Positions 38,647-52,997 of a stretch of DNA of 64,000 bases are shown piece after piece (within the stretch, counting starts at the first letter, position 1; each line of letters starts with the position of its first letter). The stretch is from Octopus sinensis (taxonomy: Eukaryota). Location of the stretch: NCBI RefSeq assembly GCF_006345805.1, contig NC_043013.1, positions 2,914,001 through 2,978,000 of the forward strand. Reading direction: 5' to 3'. A program made the position numbers and the translations under genes. The notes under the pieces were generated by a model. That model did not search any database and was not told where the DNA came from. It was given only the letters and a program-made list of their open reading frames with translations.

Positions 38647-39225
38647 AAGGCGATTAGCTGGGAGAAGAAACGTTAGCACGCCGGCGAATGCTTAGCGGTA
38701 CTTAGTCTGCCGCTACGTTCTGAGTTCAAATTCCGCCGAGGTTGACTTTGCCTTTCATCCTTTCGGGGTCGATAAATTAAGTACCAGTTACGCACTGGGG
38801 TCGATGTAATCGACCTTAATCCATTTGTCTGTCCTTGTTTGTCCCCTCTGTGTTTAGCCCCTTGTGGGTAGTAAAGAAATAGAAATAAGTATTTCGTCTG
38901 CTGTTACGTTCTGAGTTCAAATCCGCCGAAGTCGACTTTGCCCTTCATCCTTTCGGGGTCGATTAAATAAGTACCAGTTACGCACTGGGGTCGATGTAAT
39001 CGACTTAATCCGTTTGTCTGTCCTTGCTTGTCCTCTCTTGTGGGTAGTAAAGAAACAGGTATTTCTTCTGTCTTTATGTTCTGAGTTCAAATTTCGCCGA
39101 CGTCGACTTTGCCCTTCATCCTTTTAGGGTCAATAAATTAAGTACCAGTTGCATACTGGGGCCGATCTAATCGACTGGCCACATCCCCTAAAATTTAGGG
39201 CCTTGAGCCTAGAGTAGAATAGAAT
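38647..39225 (+). mobile_element. SINE family B, head-to-tail trimer
   Basis: GTTCTGAGTTCAAA...CATCCTTT...AAGTACCAGTT occurs three times (near 38717, 38908 and 39078). Confidence 0.9.
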
Positions 39226-39876
39226 ATATATATCAAAACAAAAACTTTCTCTAGGTGCTGCTCAGTTGGATCGAACCCAGAACTACTTGGCTGTGAAGCG
39301 AATTGCTCAATTACAAAATCAAGCACGTGTTCTGGTCATATTTCTTACGATTATTTTATTTTCCGTTTGGATCAATAATCAATTTCGGCGTTCTATTGAC
39401 GTCTCCAGAAAAAGAAGAAAAAAAAATCCCCCGGTTTTACATTCTGGATAAAAGAATCTTAGCAGTGATTCTTATTGCCGTTTTTATTACAGACCAGAAC
39501 TCTGGAATAACCGTTGTATGTGTTTCTTAGGATTTCTTTCAGCAATCAGAAGAGATTCAACCGTGATTTCTCAAGTTTGTTGTTAGGACCAGGTATTTAT
39601 GTGCTGTTTTTGCTTAATGCCTTTCTGCTGCACAGGTATGGCTGTGCGATTGGTCAATCCGTTTTGCAGCCATGTACTGCGTGGCACTTTGGGCAAATGT
39701 ATTTTATCTAGGTTTGGATCAAGCAAAACCTTGTCGATGAAACTTGGAAGGCAGAAAATGTGCATTAGAGCGTCGGATAGAATGCTTCGCAGTATTTGTT
39801 TCGGCTTTCTGCGTTCTGAGTTCAAATCACGTCAAGGTCAATTTCATTGTTCAAGGATTGATGAATTAATTACAAC

Positions 39877-39877
<1 letters not shown>

Positions 39878-39907
<30 letters not shown>

Positions 39908-39998
39908 CTTCTTCTTCTTCTTCTTCTTCTTCTTCTTCTTCTTCTTCTTCTTCTTCTTCTTCTTCTTCTTCTTCTTCTTCTTCTTCTTCTTCTTCTTC
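39878..39998. repeat. Pure (CTT)n tract of about 40 units
   Basis: Directly visible. Confidence 0.95.
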
Positions 39999-40094
39999 TC
40001 GTCCTCCCCCTCATTCGAGTGTGTTCCGGCCTGAAGAGGGATTTCTTCGGCTATGTTTGAAAATGCTCAAGTCACTCTGTCTATTACGACACAA

Positions 40095-40608
40095 TTAGGC
40101 GTTGAGGCTTCAAGGCAACTGGAGGAGGTAGTGCTGCCCTGGGTCAAGAGGGTGGCTGCTGGAAGACCCTATATCTGGCAACAGGATTCTGCACTATGCT
40201 ACACAAACAGGAGAACCCAGTCATGGCTGTCAAACAATTTCTGCGACCACATCACCCCTAACATCTGGCAACCTAACTCCCCAGACTGCAACTCCCTTGG
40301 TTATTATGTGTGGAGTGTAGCTGAGTGAGAGACCAACAAAACTCCTTGTAACACCAAAGATGAACTGAAGGCAAGGATTACGGCAGCACTCGCCTACTTA
40401 AACGAGACCATCAAGAAGAGCTGCAGGAGATTCCGAAGTTGTCTGGAGGCTGTGGTTGAAGCCAATGGCGATTCTATTGAATAGATTTAATCTTTAGTAT
40501 TTCAAGATATTTTTATGTAATTTAGGTAAATATATCTGTTGAAACGAGATGTCAGTGTTATTTTCCTTTTTGCGTAATTTAGACGACAATTTATTCACCG
40601 CACCCTGT
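40095..40608 (+). mobile_element. Tc1/mariner DD37D (maT-like) 3' remnant with right TIR
   Basis: WQQDSA...WQPNSPDCNSLGYYVW has 37 residues between the second D and the (mutated) third D position; ends CACCGCACCCTG-TA. Confidence 0.85.
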
Positions 40609-41191
40609 ATATTGAGTTGTGGCAAGACACACAATAACTATTCCATACTCATCGTCGTAACCGACGGAGTGCTTCCAACTATTCCACAGTAACAACATAT
40701 GATATCGCAACAACAGCTACAGACAGCATCAACATAATTACACATACTCTCAATAAGAGCAGCATTAAACTTACACACATCCCTATTCATACACAACTAA
40801 CTCATACGGATACATACATACATATGAAATTAGACAGCACCATAAACACACACACACACAACCATACCTATACAACATGCATACGAACTTACGGATACGA
40901 ACTTAAAAAACTCAAGTAACACACACGTATACACCCACATATCCATCCAATACTTATTGACGAAGAAAAATACAATTGCACTTATAAAGACAGAGCTGCT
41001 CTCATACATACATACACACACACACACAGACACACACACACACACACACCACACACACACACAACACAAACACACACACACACACATTCATAACAACAGT
41101 AAAAAATACATGTATCACAATATATCTATCTATCGAATCAATCAGTATATTGATATCTATTCCATCCACCTCTACTATATCCATCTATCTA

Positions 41192-41227
<36 letters not shown>

Positions 41228-41784
41228 CTATCTAGCTATCTATCTATCTATCTATCTATCTAACTATCTATCTATCTATATATCTGTCTGTCTGTCTGTC
41301 TATCTGTCTGTCTGTTTATCTATCTATCTATCTATCTATCTGCCTGTATGTCTGTCTGTCTGCATATCTATCTCTGTGTGTGCGTGTTTGTACACAAACA
41401 TTGATGCGCAATGCATCAGTTATCACGCCTGTTGTTCTCGTATGTAAGAAAAAGCTTTCCTTCCCGTACACCTCCGGGCATTATAACTCGCAACCATTTT
41501 CTTTATGATCTGACAAAGACCCAGTCGCACTTCTTACCAATTCCCCTTTTCCCTTCCCCCTTTCTACAATTTTCCATCAATTTAACTTTTCGAAGAACTT
41601 GAAACGCAAAAGGTCAAAAACACTTCTGCTTTTTTCTTTCTCCTTGAACATCAAACTAATAATTACACTTACACACACGTAAACACACACGCATGCACAT
41701 ACACGCATGCACACACATACGCACGCACATGCACACATTATGTGTTTGTGTGTAAATATATGCAATTATAGATAAACGTGCTGC

Positions 41785-41822
<38 letters not shown>

Positions 41823-41940
41823 TGATATATATATATATAATATATATATATATAAAATAGCATGAAAATAGCATGAAAGAAACTTAAAAAGTAAACCATT
41901 AAAACTTATTCTTCGATTTGTCTTTCATGATAGGTTCATC

Positions 41941-41982
<42 letters not shown>

Positions 41983-42167
41983 CATGAATCTGTATTTGCA
42001 TAAATACATATATTTGCATAAATACATATAAATGCATATGTATATATTTATATATATCACAGAATCATACATGTTGATTTTGTGAATATAAATCATATAT
42101 TAATATATGAATGAAATAAGTTTAAAGAGTAGTTTTTCTGATTGTATTATATAATGGTATTTAAAGT

Positions 42168-42545
42168 GCCGATCTGGCAGAATCGTTGGCACGCCGGACA
42201 AAATGTTTAACAGCATTTCGTCCCTCTTTGCGTTCTCAGATCCAATTCCGCAGTTGTCGAATTTAACTTTCATCCTTTCAGGGTCGATAAAAAAAGTACT
42301 TGTCTAGTACTTGGGTCGACGTAATCGGGCAGCACCTCTCCCAATATTTCAGGCCTTGTGCCCTATAGTAGAAAGGATTATATCATAGTACTTCTTACAT
42401 TGGTTTCAGCAATTTCAGGGGAAGGGGCAAGTCGATTACATCGACCCCAGTGCTCAAATGGTACTTACTCTACCCGAAAGGATGAAAGGCAAAGTCAACC
42501 TCGGCGGAATTTGAACTCAGAACGTAACGACCGACGAAGTATTGT
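42168..42545. mobile_element. Two diverged SINE family B copies, tail-to-tail
   Basis: 42168-42380 (+) and about 42400-42545 (-). Confidence 0.75.
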
Positions 42546-43862
42546 TAAGAATTAGACAGCACCATGCGTTGTAAACAGCGCGTCGTTGCATCCACCATTT
42601 GTTGGTGGTTCCCTACTCCTGGCAGATGATGCCTTTGCACCACCCAGGCAAACCCGCTCGAACCCTTTCGTTTTGTCTGGGTAGTCGCTGTTGATGAAAG
42701 TTTTACAAGGTCGGAACGCGAATCCTACCTCAACGTCTTGCAGCCTCCTTTCACGACAAGCGAAGCAAACGCTGTATTATTCTGACCTGCCGCTGCCCAC
42801 AGAGAACCGAGACAGCTTTATGATTTAGTTTAATCCACTATGGTACTTAACTTCATGTAAGAGAAAGGAAAAAAAATCAACTTTTGAGTCAGGAAGGAAG
42901 GGCAGTGCTTACGTCCACTTCGTGACTCGTGAGAGGGAGGGAGGGAGGAGGATATCCTGAAACCAGGTTGCTGATCTGAATGCTTGCAACAGACTGGATT
43001 TGGTAAAGGCACTCAAAGGCCCATGTGGTGGCACTAAACAGGGCGACGGGATTTGAATTCAGAAGGCAGAGAGCCAAATAAAATATCGGAAGGCTTCCGG
43101 TTCGAAGTTCTTAAAGTTCTGCTGATACATCGCCACTTTGGATTGGTTCTTTATTTGATCGATCCCGAAAGGTTTTATATAAAAAAAAAAAACATTTGCA
43201 CACGTTTCCTCCGAGACATGGGATATATTTTTAAGGATTCTCCAAAAGTCAAAAGTGTTGGGACACGCTGGTTTGGAGAGATCCATAATGTAAATGTTGA
43301 CTGGATAGCTAAAAAGAGATTAGGTAGATATTGAAGATTTAGATACAAATTGCATGTGGATGTCCATAGGATGCAGAGCGCAAAAAAGAAAAAGAAAATC
43401 AAAAACTAATAATAATAATAATAATATGTATATATATTGATCAGGTCAATAGAAATTGTATATATGTTGGCTATTAGTGTCTGCCAAACACTGTCTAGAC
43501 AAAGTTTATAGATATGCAGACACTTCCTAAATCTCTGCTAAGTATCACTTAAGATTAGCCATAAAAGCTGTCACTGGTATTGTTATTGTAGTAGTTATTG
43601 CTGTAACTGTTGTTATGGTTATTACTATTGGTATTAAGACCATATACATGGTCAATAAATAAGTACTTGTTCATGGTTCTTTTACCACTGTCGTGTTGAA
43701 TGCCAGGCTCACTCAATTAAGTATATTATTACTATTATTATTGGTGGTGTTAATCTCACTACATAGCAGACGATTCTGTTGAATTAACACCGAGGAGAAA
43801 GGTTATCACGACCACGACGATCTCCGATATGAGAATTATAATTTATTAATTCATTCATTTAT

Positions 43863-43919
<57 letters not shown>

Positions 43920-43978
43920 ATCTTTCTATCTATTTACTTGGGTGTCAGTCTCATGTATATATATATGTGTGTATGTAT

Positions 43979-44057
<79 letters not shown>

Positions 44058-44065
44058 ATATATAT

Positions 44066-44345
44066 CATCGTCACCGTCACCGACCAGGCTATCAGATGTT
44101 ACTACACATCGCTGGTCACAATGCACTTCGCATTGTTTTAGCCTTCAAAGGACGTCAGCCCGTTGGCTAAGCGAGCAGGCCAACAGAAGAAAGAGTGAGA
44201 GAAAGTTGTGACGAAAGAGTACACCAGGGATCGCCCCCCTACCGGACCCTTGTGGAGCTTTAGGTTTTTCGCTCAATAAACACTCACAACGCCCGGTCTG
44301 GGAATCGAAACCGCGAGTCCGTTGCACTAACCACTGGACCATTGC

Positions 44346-44349
<4 letters not shown>
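44066..44349 (-). mobile_element. tRNA-derived SINE, third family
   Basis: Minus-strand head GGCGCAATGGTCCAGTGGTTAG...GGTTTCGATTCCC; flanked by (TA)n. Confidence 0.75.
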
Positions 44350-44384
<35 letters not shown>

Positions 44385-44573
44385 ATAGGAATGGAGAATA
44401 GTCAAGCAAAAACATGTGGTATCACTTTAGAGTCTTTAATTTATAATTTAGACAAAGTGCAGAATAGTTATGATAAATGGGTAAAGTCTGTTAGACCTGT
44501 TTCTAGAATAACTAAACCTGTAGAGCATGTTATTGGGCAAGGATTTCCATGTAAGCTAAGTATTCGGTCATCG

Positions 44574-44617
<44 letters not shown>

Positions 44618-45425
44618 CCTTAAACAAGAATGTTAGGAGTTACCAGTTTGTTGAAGAACTAAGGAGTGTCGAAAGTAGAAATATAATACTGGTTGATAGT
44701 TCCATGGTGGGAGAATTAAGGAAATCCTTCGCTAACAATAATATCCGGTAGCAGTTCCATTGTTGAAGTAAGAAAGAAAATCTGAAGTAAAAGACGATAG
44801 AAGTTATTGGTTCCATCTTTGAAAAGAAGAAACTGAGGTAGATATGAGTCGTCAAAGAGTAGAGGGCAGTGTGAAGGAAGGATTATCAGTACATAAAAGT
44901 CGATGGTGTGGAGGCGCGTGGCTTAGTGGTTAGGGTATCAGCATCATGATCGTAAGATTGTGGTTTCGATTCCTGGACCGAGCGACGCGTTGTGTTCTTG
45001 AGCAAAACACTTCGTTTCACGTTGCTCCAGTCCACTCGGTTGGCAAAAATGAGTAACGCTGCGATGGACTGGCGTCCCGTCCAGCTGGGGAACACATACG
45101 TCACAGAAACCGGGAAACCGAGGCCATGAGCCTGGCTAGGCTTGAAAAGGGCGACGTTTATCGACGTTTTTAAAAGTCAATGGTATAGTGAGGGCGTATG
45201 TAACGGTGTATACACACACACACACGTATATATATATATATATATATATATATTATCTATATATATATATCTATAATATATATACATATATATATTATAC
45301 AGTACATGTATATAGTAATCATAAACACATAGACATACAGACAAACACATGCCTGCATATAAACGCACATATAGACATACACAAGTACGTTCTCATACAC
45401 GCGCGCAGATACCATGGACATGTCA
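44385..45425 (+). repeat. About 1-kb unclassified interspersed repeat, copy 1 (paralog at 56385-57375)
   Basis: Shared blocks include TTTAGAGTCTTTAATTTATAATT, CCATGGTGGGAGAATTAAGGAAATCC, TATAGTGAGGGC and CACGCGCGCAG..CATGGACAT. Confidence 0.8.
44910..45170 (+). mobile_element. tRNA-derived SINE, fourth family, with 16-bp TSD
   Basis: GTGGCTTAGTGG A box and GGTTTCGATTCC B box; TSD TAAAAGTCGATGGTGT/TAAAAGTCAATGGTAT. Partial copy at 55132-55272. Confidence 0.8.
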
Positions 45426-45539
45426 GCTGGTATATATATATATATGTGTGTGTGTTGTGTGTGTGTGTGTGTGTGTGGTTGTGTGTATATATGTATGTAT
45501 ATATGTATTATTGTATGTATGTATATGTATATATATATA

Positions 45540-45570
<31 letters not shown>

Positions 45571-45880
45571 CATACACAAAACATATATACATGCATATAC
45601 ATACATACATACATTCATACATACACAAATACATACATGTCTATGTGCATACATATTAGTGGGAAAATATTAGATGGCCACACAGAGCTGGTTGCTTTAC
45701 TGAATTTGAATTTGTGGATGAATTTATGAACACAAGAGGAGAACGGTTCATGGTACTTATTTAATAATGGTGCTCCAACTGAATAGGTATTATATAAATT
45801 ATGAGGTAGGTGTGGCAGAGATATATGAATTAGGGGAGAAGGCTAAAGTAAGACTCTATAGAATAAAATAAAATAATACA

Positions 45881-46110
45881 TATTTCTTTACTACCCACAA
45901 GGGGCTAAACACAGAGGGGACAAACAAGGACAGACAAACAGATTAAGTCGATTACATCGACCCCAGTGCGTAACTGGTACTTAATTTATCAACCCCGAAA
46001 GGATGAAAGGCAAAGTCGACCATGACGAAATTTGAACTCAGAACGTAACGGCAGACGAAATACGGCTTCGCATTTCGCCCGGCGTGCTAACGCTTCTGCC
46101 AGCTCGCCGC
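45881..46110 (-). mobile_element. SINE family B, full length
   Basis: Reverse complement of family B. Confidence 0.88.
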
Positions 46111-46948
46111 CAAAATAATATAATATGATGATATTTAAAAAAGTATTAATTTAATTAAGTGAGCTAATTCCATATCTATAACTTTATCAAGTAAGTGAAT
46201 ACTAGTAGCAACAGGGGATTGTGTTCTTACTTTTGGATTTGGATTGGTGTAGAATTTAAATGTTTTGAAAAATTTATGAACCCAAGAGCAAAATGCCTGA
46301 TGTTGCTTAAATAATAAGTGTGCTGCGTATTGCGACAATATCTGTATAGATTCTTTCCAAAATAACCAGCACGGAGCATTTTGGCCTTGGTACAGAAAGC
46401 CCGAGTCAATGATGGACCAGGCTATGTCATGTGGTATATTTTTTTCCTAAGGTAATGTATGTATTCTGCTAGCGAAGTAGATTTACTATATTTTAATAGT
46501 TGAATGAATTTAAATGCACTGAGTATCTTTACTTAAAATTAACAGTAGTTCCAATATAAACCTTGGAGTTTTGGAGTCTATTTAGGACTGATCACATATG
46601 ACTGCGTACATATCCCATATTTTGAAGCTACAGTTGGAGGTAATTAATTTAGTAATCTTTCTGTTGAGTGTATTGCTTTTATGACTGGTTGCATACGCAG
46701 CTGCCCATACTCTGCGCAGTGGAAACACGTGTAGTTCATCGAAATCATGCTGTATGATATTGTAAAACAAAAGGAAATAATTTTTGGGGAGGTACCAGTC
46801 TCTATATTCTTTATATCTATAATTATTAATAATATACATATCGTTGTCGTGCTATCGCCCTTTTTTTAAGCATGTTGTGTTTTGACGGTTTCCGTTTGTT
46901 GTGCTTTTTCTTTTCTACCTTTGATATATATGATATATATATATATAA

Positions 46949-47135
46949 AGTTAATCCAAACAAGAAAACACAGAAAAAAGAGAAAAAAAACCACAGCAAC
47001 GCAGGACGTGGAACAATTAAAGTATTATTGACGCCCAGGAAAGAAGGGAAGGAGGGTTTAACGTTTCGAGCGGAGCTCTTCGTCGGAAACAAGGAGAAGG
47101 AAAGATCCCAAGAAGGGAAGACAGAGGAAAAAATA
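46949..47135 (-). mobile_element. Hammerhead-bearing short element, family D
   Basis: The motif at 47056-47090 is identical to the one at 3160-3194. Confidence 0.72.
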
Positions 47136-47316
47136 TTTGAGCTGGTGGTGCTCAAGAGATCACATGTTGAAAGAACAGAAGTTGAGGTAGTCGAATCATG
47201 GTTTTTAAAAGCAAGAGAGTTTCAAAAAAGGAATGCGTGTGTGTGTGTGTGTGTGTGTGTGTGCAAGGATGACAAGTGTGTTTGTGCGTGCGTATGTGTG
47301 TGTGTGTGTATTTATG

Positions 47317-47354
<38 letters not shown>

Positions 47355-47359
47355 TTGAA

Positions 47360-47525
47360 TAGAAAAACAAAAGACGACGAAGAAAGGTATAGGAACAACA
47401 AGCAGGTGTATTAGTTTGACGCTGAGGAAAAATGAAAAAGTCTTTTACGTTTCGAGCCTATGCTCTTCAACAGGAAGGATTGACAGGAAATAAACAGAGA
47501 GAGAATGAAAAACAAAACGCATAGA
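47360..47525 (-). mobile_element. Hammerhead-bearing short element, family C variant
   Basis: Minus strand CTGTTGA-A-GAGC-ATAG-GCTC-GAAACGTA-AAAG at 47442-47473. Confidence 0.65.
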
Positions 47526-48640
47526 GTCCAGCGGTCCAGCATGGTGAATGTTGAGTGTATTACTATTAGTATAATTACTAAGTTTGGTGGTTAAGTTAGG
47601 TCTGTTTAATACGCCCTCCACATATGGGCAATTCCCGTGTCATGTAGATGTAGGTACGTACATATATGTATGTATGTATGCATATATTTTATTTATTAAT
47701 TTATTGCATGACTGAGCGCCCTCGTGTCGTTTCGTTTCTTTTCTGTTCTCCAAGTAAGTTTTTATATATAATTATGACGCGAAACTCTGTAACCCTTTGC
47801 TTGACCTTCCCTTCCTTCCTGTCTGTCTTCCTCTTTGCCTGTCTCTCTCCTTCTTATTTTTCACCCCTTCTGGTTTCCTTTCTCCTCTCTCTCTCACTCC
47901 TTCTCATCTCTCACACAGCCGAGTCGACCACTTCCTTTCGCTGACGGCCTCCTACAAGTGAACATGCTTTTTTCCTGCGCTCTTGAATTTTTCCATCGTC
48001 TAGGCTAAAAAAAGGCCCTCAATGTCTGTTTCCTTGTCCTGTTTTTATTCTTTACTTGTACTGTATTTTTTTGTATTTGTATTTTTATTTTGTATTTGTT
48101 TTTTTTATTTGTATTGTTTTTACGTCCTGTTTTTGTCACATTCTTTCTTTCCTTGTTTTTACCCCTCCTCAAAGGAATTTTATTTAATTCTTTCGCAGGA
48201 AGGGCTATTTCGGCGAGTCGTGTTCTGTCCTTACCTTCGAAACACGCATGGAGTCGAACTAGGGACAGCTGATGAAGGGGAATTTTCCTTGTATTGTTTG
48301 TTTTGTACTCTGTTTTTTCGTTGTTAAAAAAAGTCCGTTTCCATGTTTCTCGTTGAGTTCTACGTCTATTTGTGGTGTCCTGTACTCACATATATATATT
48401 TATATATGCATGTATATATATATGTAGATGTAGGTACGTACATATATGTATGTATGCATATATTTTATTTATTAATTTATTGCAGAACTGAGCGCCCTCG
48501 CGTCGTTTCATTTCTTTTCTGTTCTCCAAGTAAGTTTTTATATATATATGCATATATGTATGTATATGTATATATTTATATATATTTATGTATGTATATG
48601 TACATATGTATATATTTATATATATAAGTGTGTGTGTATA

Positions 48641-48676
<36 letters not shown>

Positions 48677-48809
48677 AATATACATGTACATATACATATA
48701 TGCATATGCACACACACATACACACTTCAGCAAACATATGCATATATGCATGCACACCTTCCTTCTAGCTATTGAATTTGCTGGTAATTTTTCTGACTAT
48801 CGACAAATC

Positions 48810-48946
48810 TATCATCATCATACTCATCATCCTCATCATCATCATCATCATCACCATCATCAATCATCATCATCATCACCACCATCATCGTCATCATCAC
48901 CATCATCATCACCATCACCATCAACATCACCATCATCATCATCACC

Positions 48947-48978
<32 letters not shown>

Positions 48979-49075
48979 CATCATCACCATCATCATCACC
49001 ATCACCATCAACATCACCATCATCATCATCACCATCACCATCATCATCATCATCATCATCATCATATCATCATCA

Positions 49076-49127
<52 letters not shown>

Positions 49128-49160
49128 GTCGTCGTCATCATCACCATTATCGTCATCATC
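48810..49160. repeat. (CAT/CAC)n compound microsatellite
   Basis: Directly visible. Confidence 0.9.
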
Positions 49161-49543
49161 GGATCACTGGTTGTTGCCATTTTTGGAGTCTGAATGAATC
49201 AACATGCGCCATGACTATTTTCCCTACATTCATTAACACCAACTCAAAGCCAATCTTACTCATACGCACGGGCGCGCGCGCGCGAATAGACATGCACATG
49301 TAATATAATGTAAATATTATATGATGTGTGCATGTTCGCGTGTGTGTGTATGTGTGTGTATGTGTGTTTGTGTGTTTGTGTATGTGTGTGTGTATGCCTT
49401 ACCATATTATAATATATACAAAGACAGAGAAAAAGAATGAGGGAGGGAGAGAGAGAGATGATGAGGGAGAGAAAAAGAGGATGAGGGAGAGATAGATAAA
49501 TGGACGGTTAAGTAAACGCACGGACACACGTTTGTAAAGGAAC

Positions 49544-49605
<62 letters not shown>

Positions 49606-50803
49606 ATACATATATCTGTAAATGTATATTCGTACATACGTATATGACATACACATACGCACAAACGTATACTCACAGACATACATATATACATACATGT
49701 AAATGTGTGTGTATGTATGTATAAGCACCAGTGAAACTAACAATTACAATAATCGCGAAAAGACTACGCGATAATAACCACAGAAGTTTAATTCCATGCA
49801 CACAGACACACACACACACACACACACACATTTACACGTTTACACAGACACACACATCGAATGTGTGAACATATACAATCCACCACCCCACACCCCCACC
49901 ACCACCATATGCCAGTTATATTTACATAAAAATCAACATATGTGTTTGTACATACAGACATGTACATCGCGATTCCTCAACAAATATTTACCCACGTCCA
50001 AATACACACATATGTACATAGAGAAAAATTATTTCCCCTTCACTCCACTCTTCTCTCTTTGACACACGCGCAAACGCGCACCACACACACACCACCACAC
50101 ACACACACACACACACACACACAGGGGAAACGCACACGCAGAAATACAAACATACAGATGATTATTGACGTATACGAAGAACACACTTGTAGACAAACAC
50201 TGACACATAAACACAGACTTATATTCATGAGTCTTCATGCAAGAAGGAAGAGAGCAACAGACAGACAGACAGACAAATAAAAATGAAAGCAGTAGAGGGT
50301 GGGGGGGGGGAGAGAGCAAAAGAGATCTCGAGAAAGCATTAAACATACACGCAATGTGTATATACATATATACATACTGAAATGCATACATATACGCATA
50401 CATACAGCATACAAACACGCATACATACATACGTATACACATGCATATATACATACATGCATTCATCCATCCATCCATCCATACATACACACATACATAC
50501 ATACATACATACATACATACATACATCCATACATACATACATACATACATACTTACGTATATATATATACATTCTAAGATATTAATACATATTCTGTCAT
50601 TCAATGCTCCAGTCTTTTTTTAAAGATGTCCGCGTACTTTTTCAGACACCCATACACATAAAGACCCCCAAAACGATGACGCAAAGTTAAACGCACGCAC
50701 AAACGCTGACACAGTCCGGTGTCAGCGACCGATCGTGCGTGCATACATACAGTCATAAACGCACTTAGAAATATACATACGCACGTACATACATACGTAA
50801 AAT

Positions 50804-50861
<58 letters not shown>

Positions 50862-51459
50862 ATATATATATTGTGTACTATTCAGCATGGGACTGGTGGA
50901 GAGACATTCAAATAAGTTCACCATTCATATTAACTCGGATGAACTCAGTCGCTGTCCAACGTCATTTGAAGAGGGCATCCGCCATCTTGGATCCTCCATT
51001 GACAGATTTTGCAATACGGAACAATACAGTTTAATTAGCTGAATAAAGATGACTGCACTGGACCAATGCAACCGCAACGACAAATCTACTACTACCACTA
51101 CTACCGTAACCATCACCACCACCACCACCGTCACTACTACCCCACAACCACCCCATTACCACAACCTCCGCACCATCACGAACACAAGCACCGTCGCCAA
51201 TATTCCACTGTCATCACCACTATCTACAATAACAACAACAACAACAACAACAACAACTACTACTACTATTATTATTGCTGCTGCAGCTACTACTACTACT
51301 ACTATTGCAGTTGCTGTCCCTGTTGAAGTAAAATTAACAACAATAATCAATGGATTAAATAGCAGCAGGAATAACAACACAACGACAGCAACAACAACTT
51401 CAGCTTCATTATCATCAGCAGCAACCACATCAACTGCAGCAGTAGCAGCAGCAGCACCT

Positions 51460-51492
<33 letters not shown>

Positions 51493-52368
51493 TCAACAAC
51501 AGCAACATCAACAACAGCATATGTAACCGAATTTCGACAAAAACAACTCCGAAACTGCGGCTTCTAAATTTTCTCTCCAATCTAGTGACAGGAAGTCTCT
51601 CTGGCCGAACGTCACTCCGCACACCATCCGGGCTTTACTGTCGAGAAGAATCCGAAATGTCTTTGGTCAGTGTTCCTTCTATGACACCTTGAAATGTCTG
51701 ATCATAAACACACACACTCACTCGGAAGGATAGTCTAGTTTGAGCTAAAAATATTCGTAGTTGGTGACAGTGGTTTTGTTCCGATACCCGGAAATAACTG
51801 GAGAGGGATGTTGAATAACAGCACTTGTGGCTCGAACCAACAGAATTTGCCTCTACACGGTCGTTCGACGTGCAGAAACAGTAGCTAAATTTCATTGAAA
51901 CTATGGCCTACCGTCTTAAAAATAGGGGGAATACATTAGAAAATATACTCTTAGATACACTGTTTCCAAATAAAAAAAAAACGTTTGAACATGACAAAAT
52001 AGCAACGGCCACAATGATGATGGTGATGATGACGACGACGACGATGATGACGATGATGACGATGATGATGATGATGATGATGACGATGACGATGATGATG
52101 ATGATGAAGACGACGACGATGATGATGATGACAATGATGGTGATCGCGATATGAACAACGATGAGGAAGAAGAGGTGGAGGATGATGAGGAAGGGGGAGG
52201 AGGAGTAGGGAGTTGGATATAGGGAGGGAAGAGGAGGAAGAAGGAGGAAGGGAGGAAGATGAGGGGAAGGATGGACCACTAAATCAGCATGCAAGTAGCA
52301 GAGCATTTCAAATCAGCTCGTACACATACACAAACATAGAAACACAAAGACGCATACATACACGCATA

Positions 52369-52426
<58 letters not shown>

Positions 52427-52976
52427 GAGTGAGAGAGCAGTTCATGCCATCAAAGTAACACTGGGGTAAAATGTACGAAGCCCAATATACCCATCATGAC
52501 TACACGTCTGATAAGGGTACACCAGGCACATGCATCACAATCATATGGGCACGACATGGTGATCTCATATCAAGATAAACCGCACATGACCTTGCAGGTG
52601 GGGCCCAGTTAGAATTTTGTTCTGGTCGAGTAGCCCATCCCGCTCAAAAGGTCCCTGAATAAGGGTTGTTTAAGGATGTTGAAAGAACCACCCATGTTTC
52701 CAGAGGTGAATTATTCAAACCCCAAAGAATCCCTCTCAGCACATGGCTATGATGTTCCCCACCCCTTGCCTCTGCTCGTGATCAGAGATGCACATATCGT
52801 CAGCCACCAAGAAACATGTTCAACTGGTTAAGGTCAAACAACTGACAAGCAAATCTGTGGTATTGAGCAGAATATTTGCTGTAGCCCATCTTTTATACCA
52901 AGACAAAACAATGTACATGATAACACTTCCAATCAGTTAAGATCAGAACCCATGAGAGCCACTGCCTGGTACTGCT
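52427..52976 (-). mobile_element. About 550-bp non-coding element inserted in (TAA)n; possible non-autonomous partner of R4/Dong
   Basis: Complex sequence with sharp (TTA)n boundaries on both sides and no coding motif. The strand is assumed. Confidence 0.5.
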
Positions 52977-52997
52977 ATTATTATTATTATTATTATT

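Noticed and set aside
44908-44985. tRNA gene candidates at SINE heads
   Set aside because: No complete cloverleaf; they continue into SINE bodies and are multicopy.
46120-46830. Possible decayed non-LTR ORF2 C-terminus
   Set aside because: No diagnostic motif could be read with confidence.
48684-49197. Poly-His/Ser/Met ORFs
   Set aside because: A (CAT)n microsatellite open in several frames.
50979-50989. YY1-like CAAGATGGCGG motif on the minus strand
   Set aside because: Isolated motif; the ATG is followed by a stop after 7 codons and there is no promoter context.
51049-51567. 172-aa Thr-rich mucin-like ORF
   Set aside because: Built from ACT/ACA/ACC/GCA trinucleotide microsatellites; no domain or splice support.
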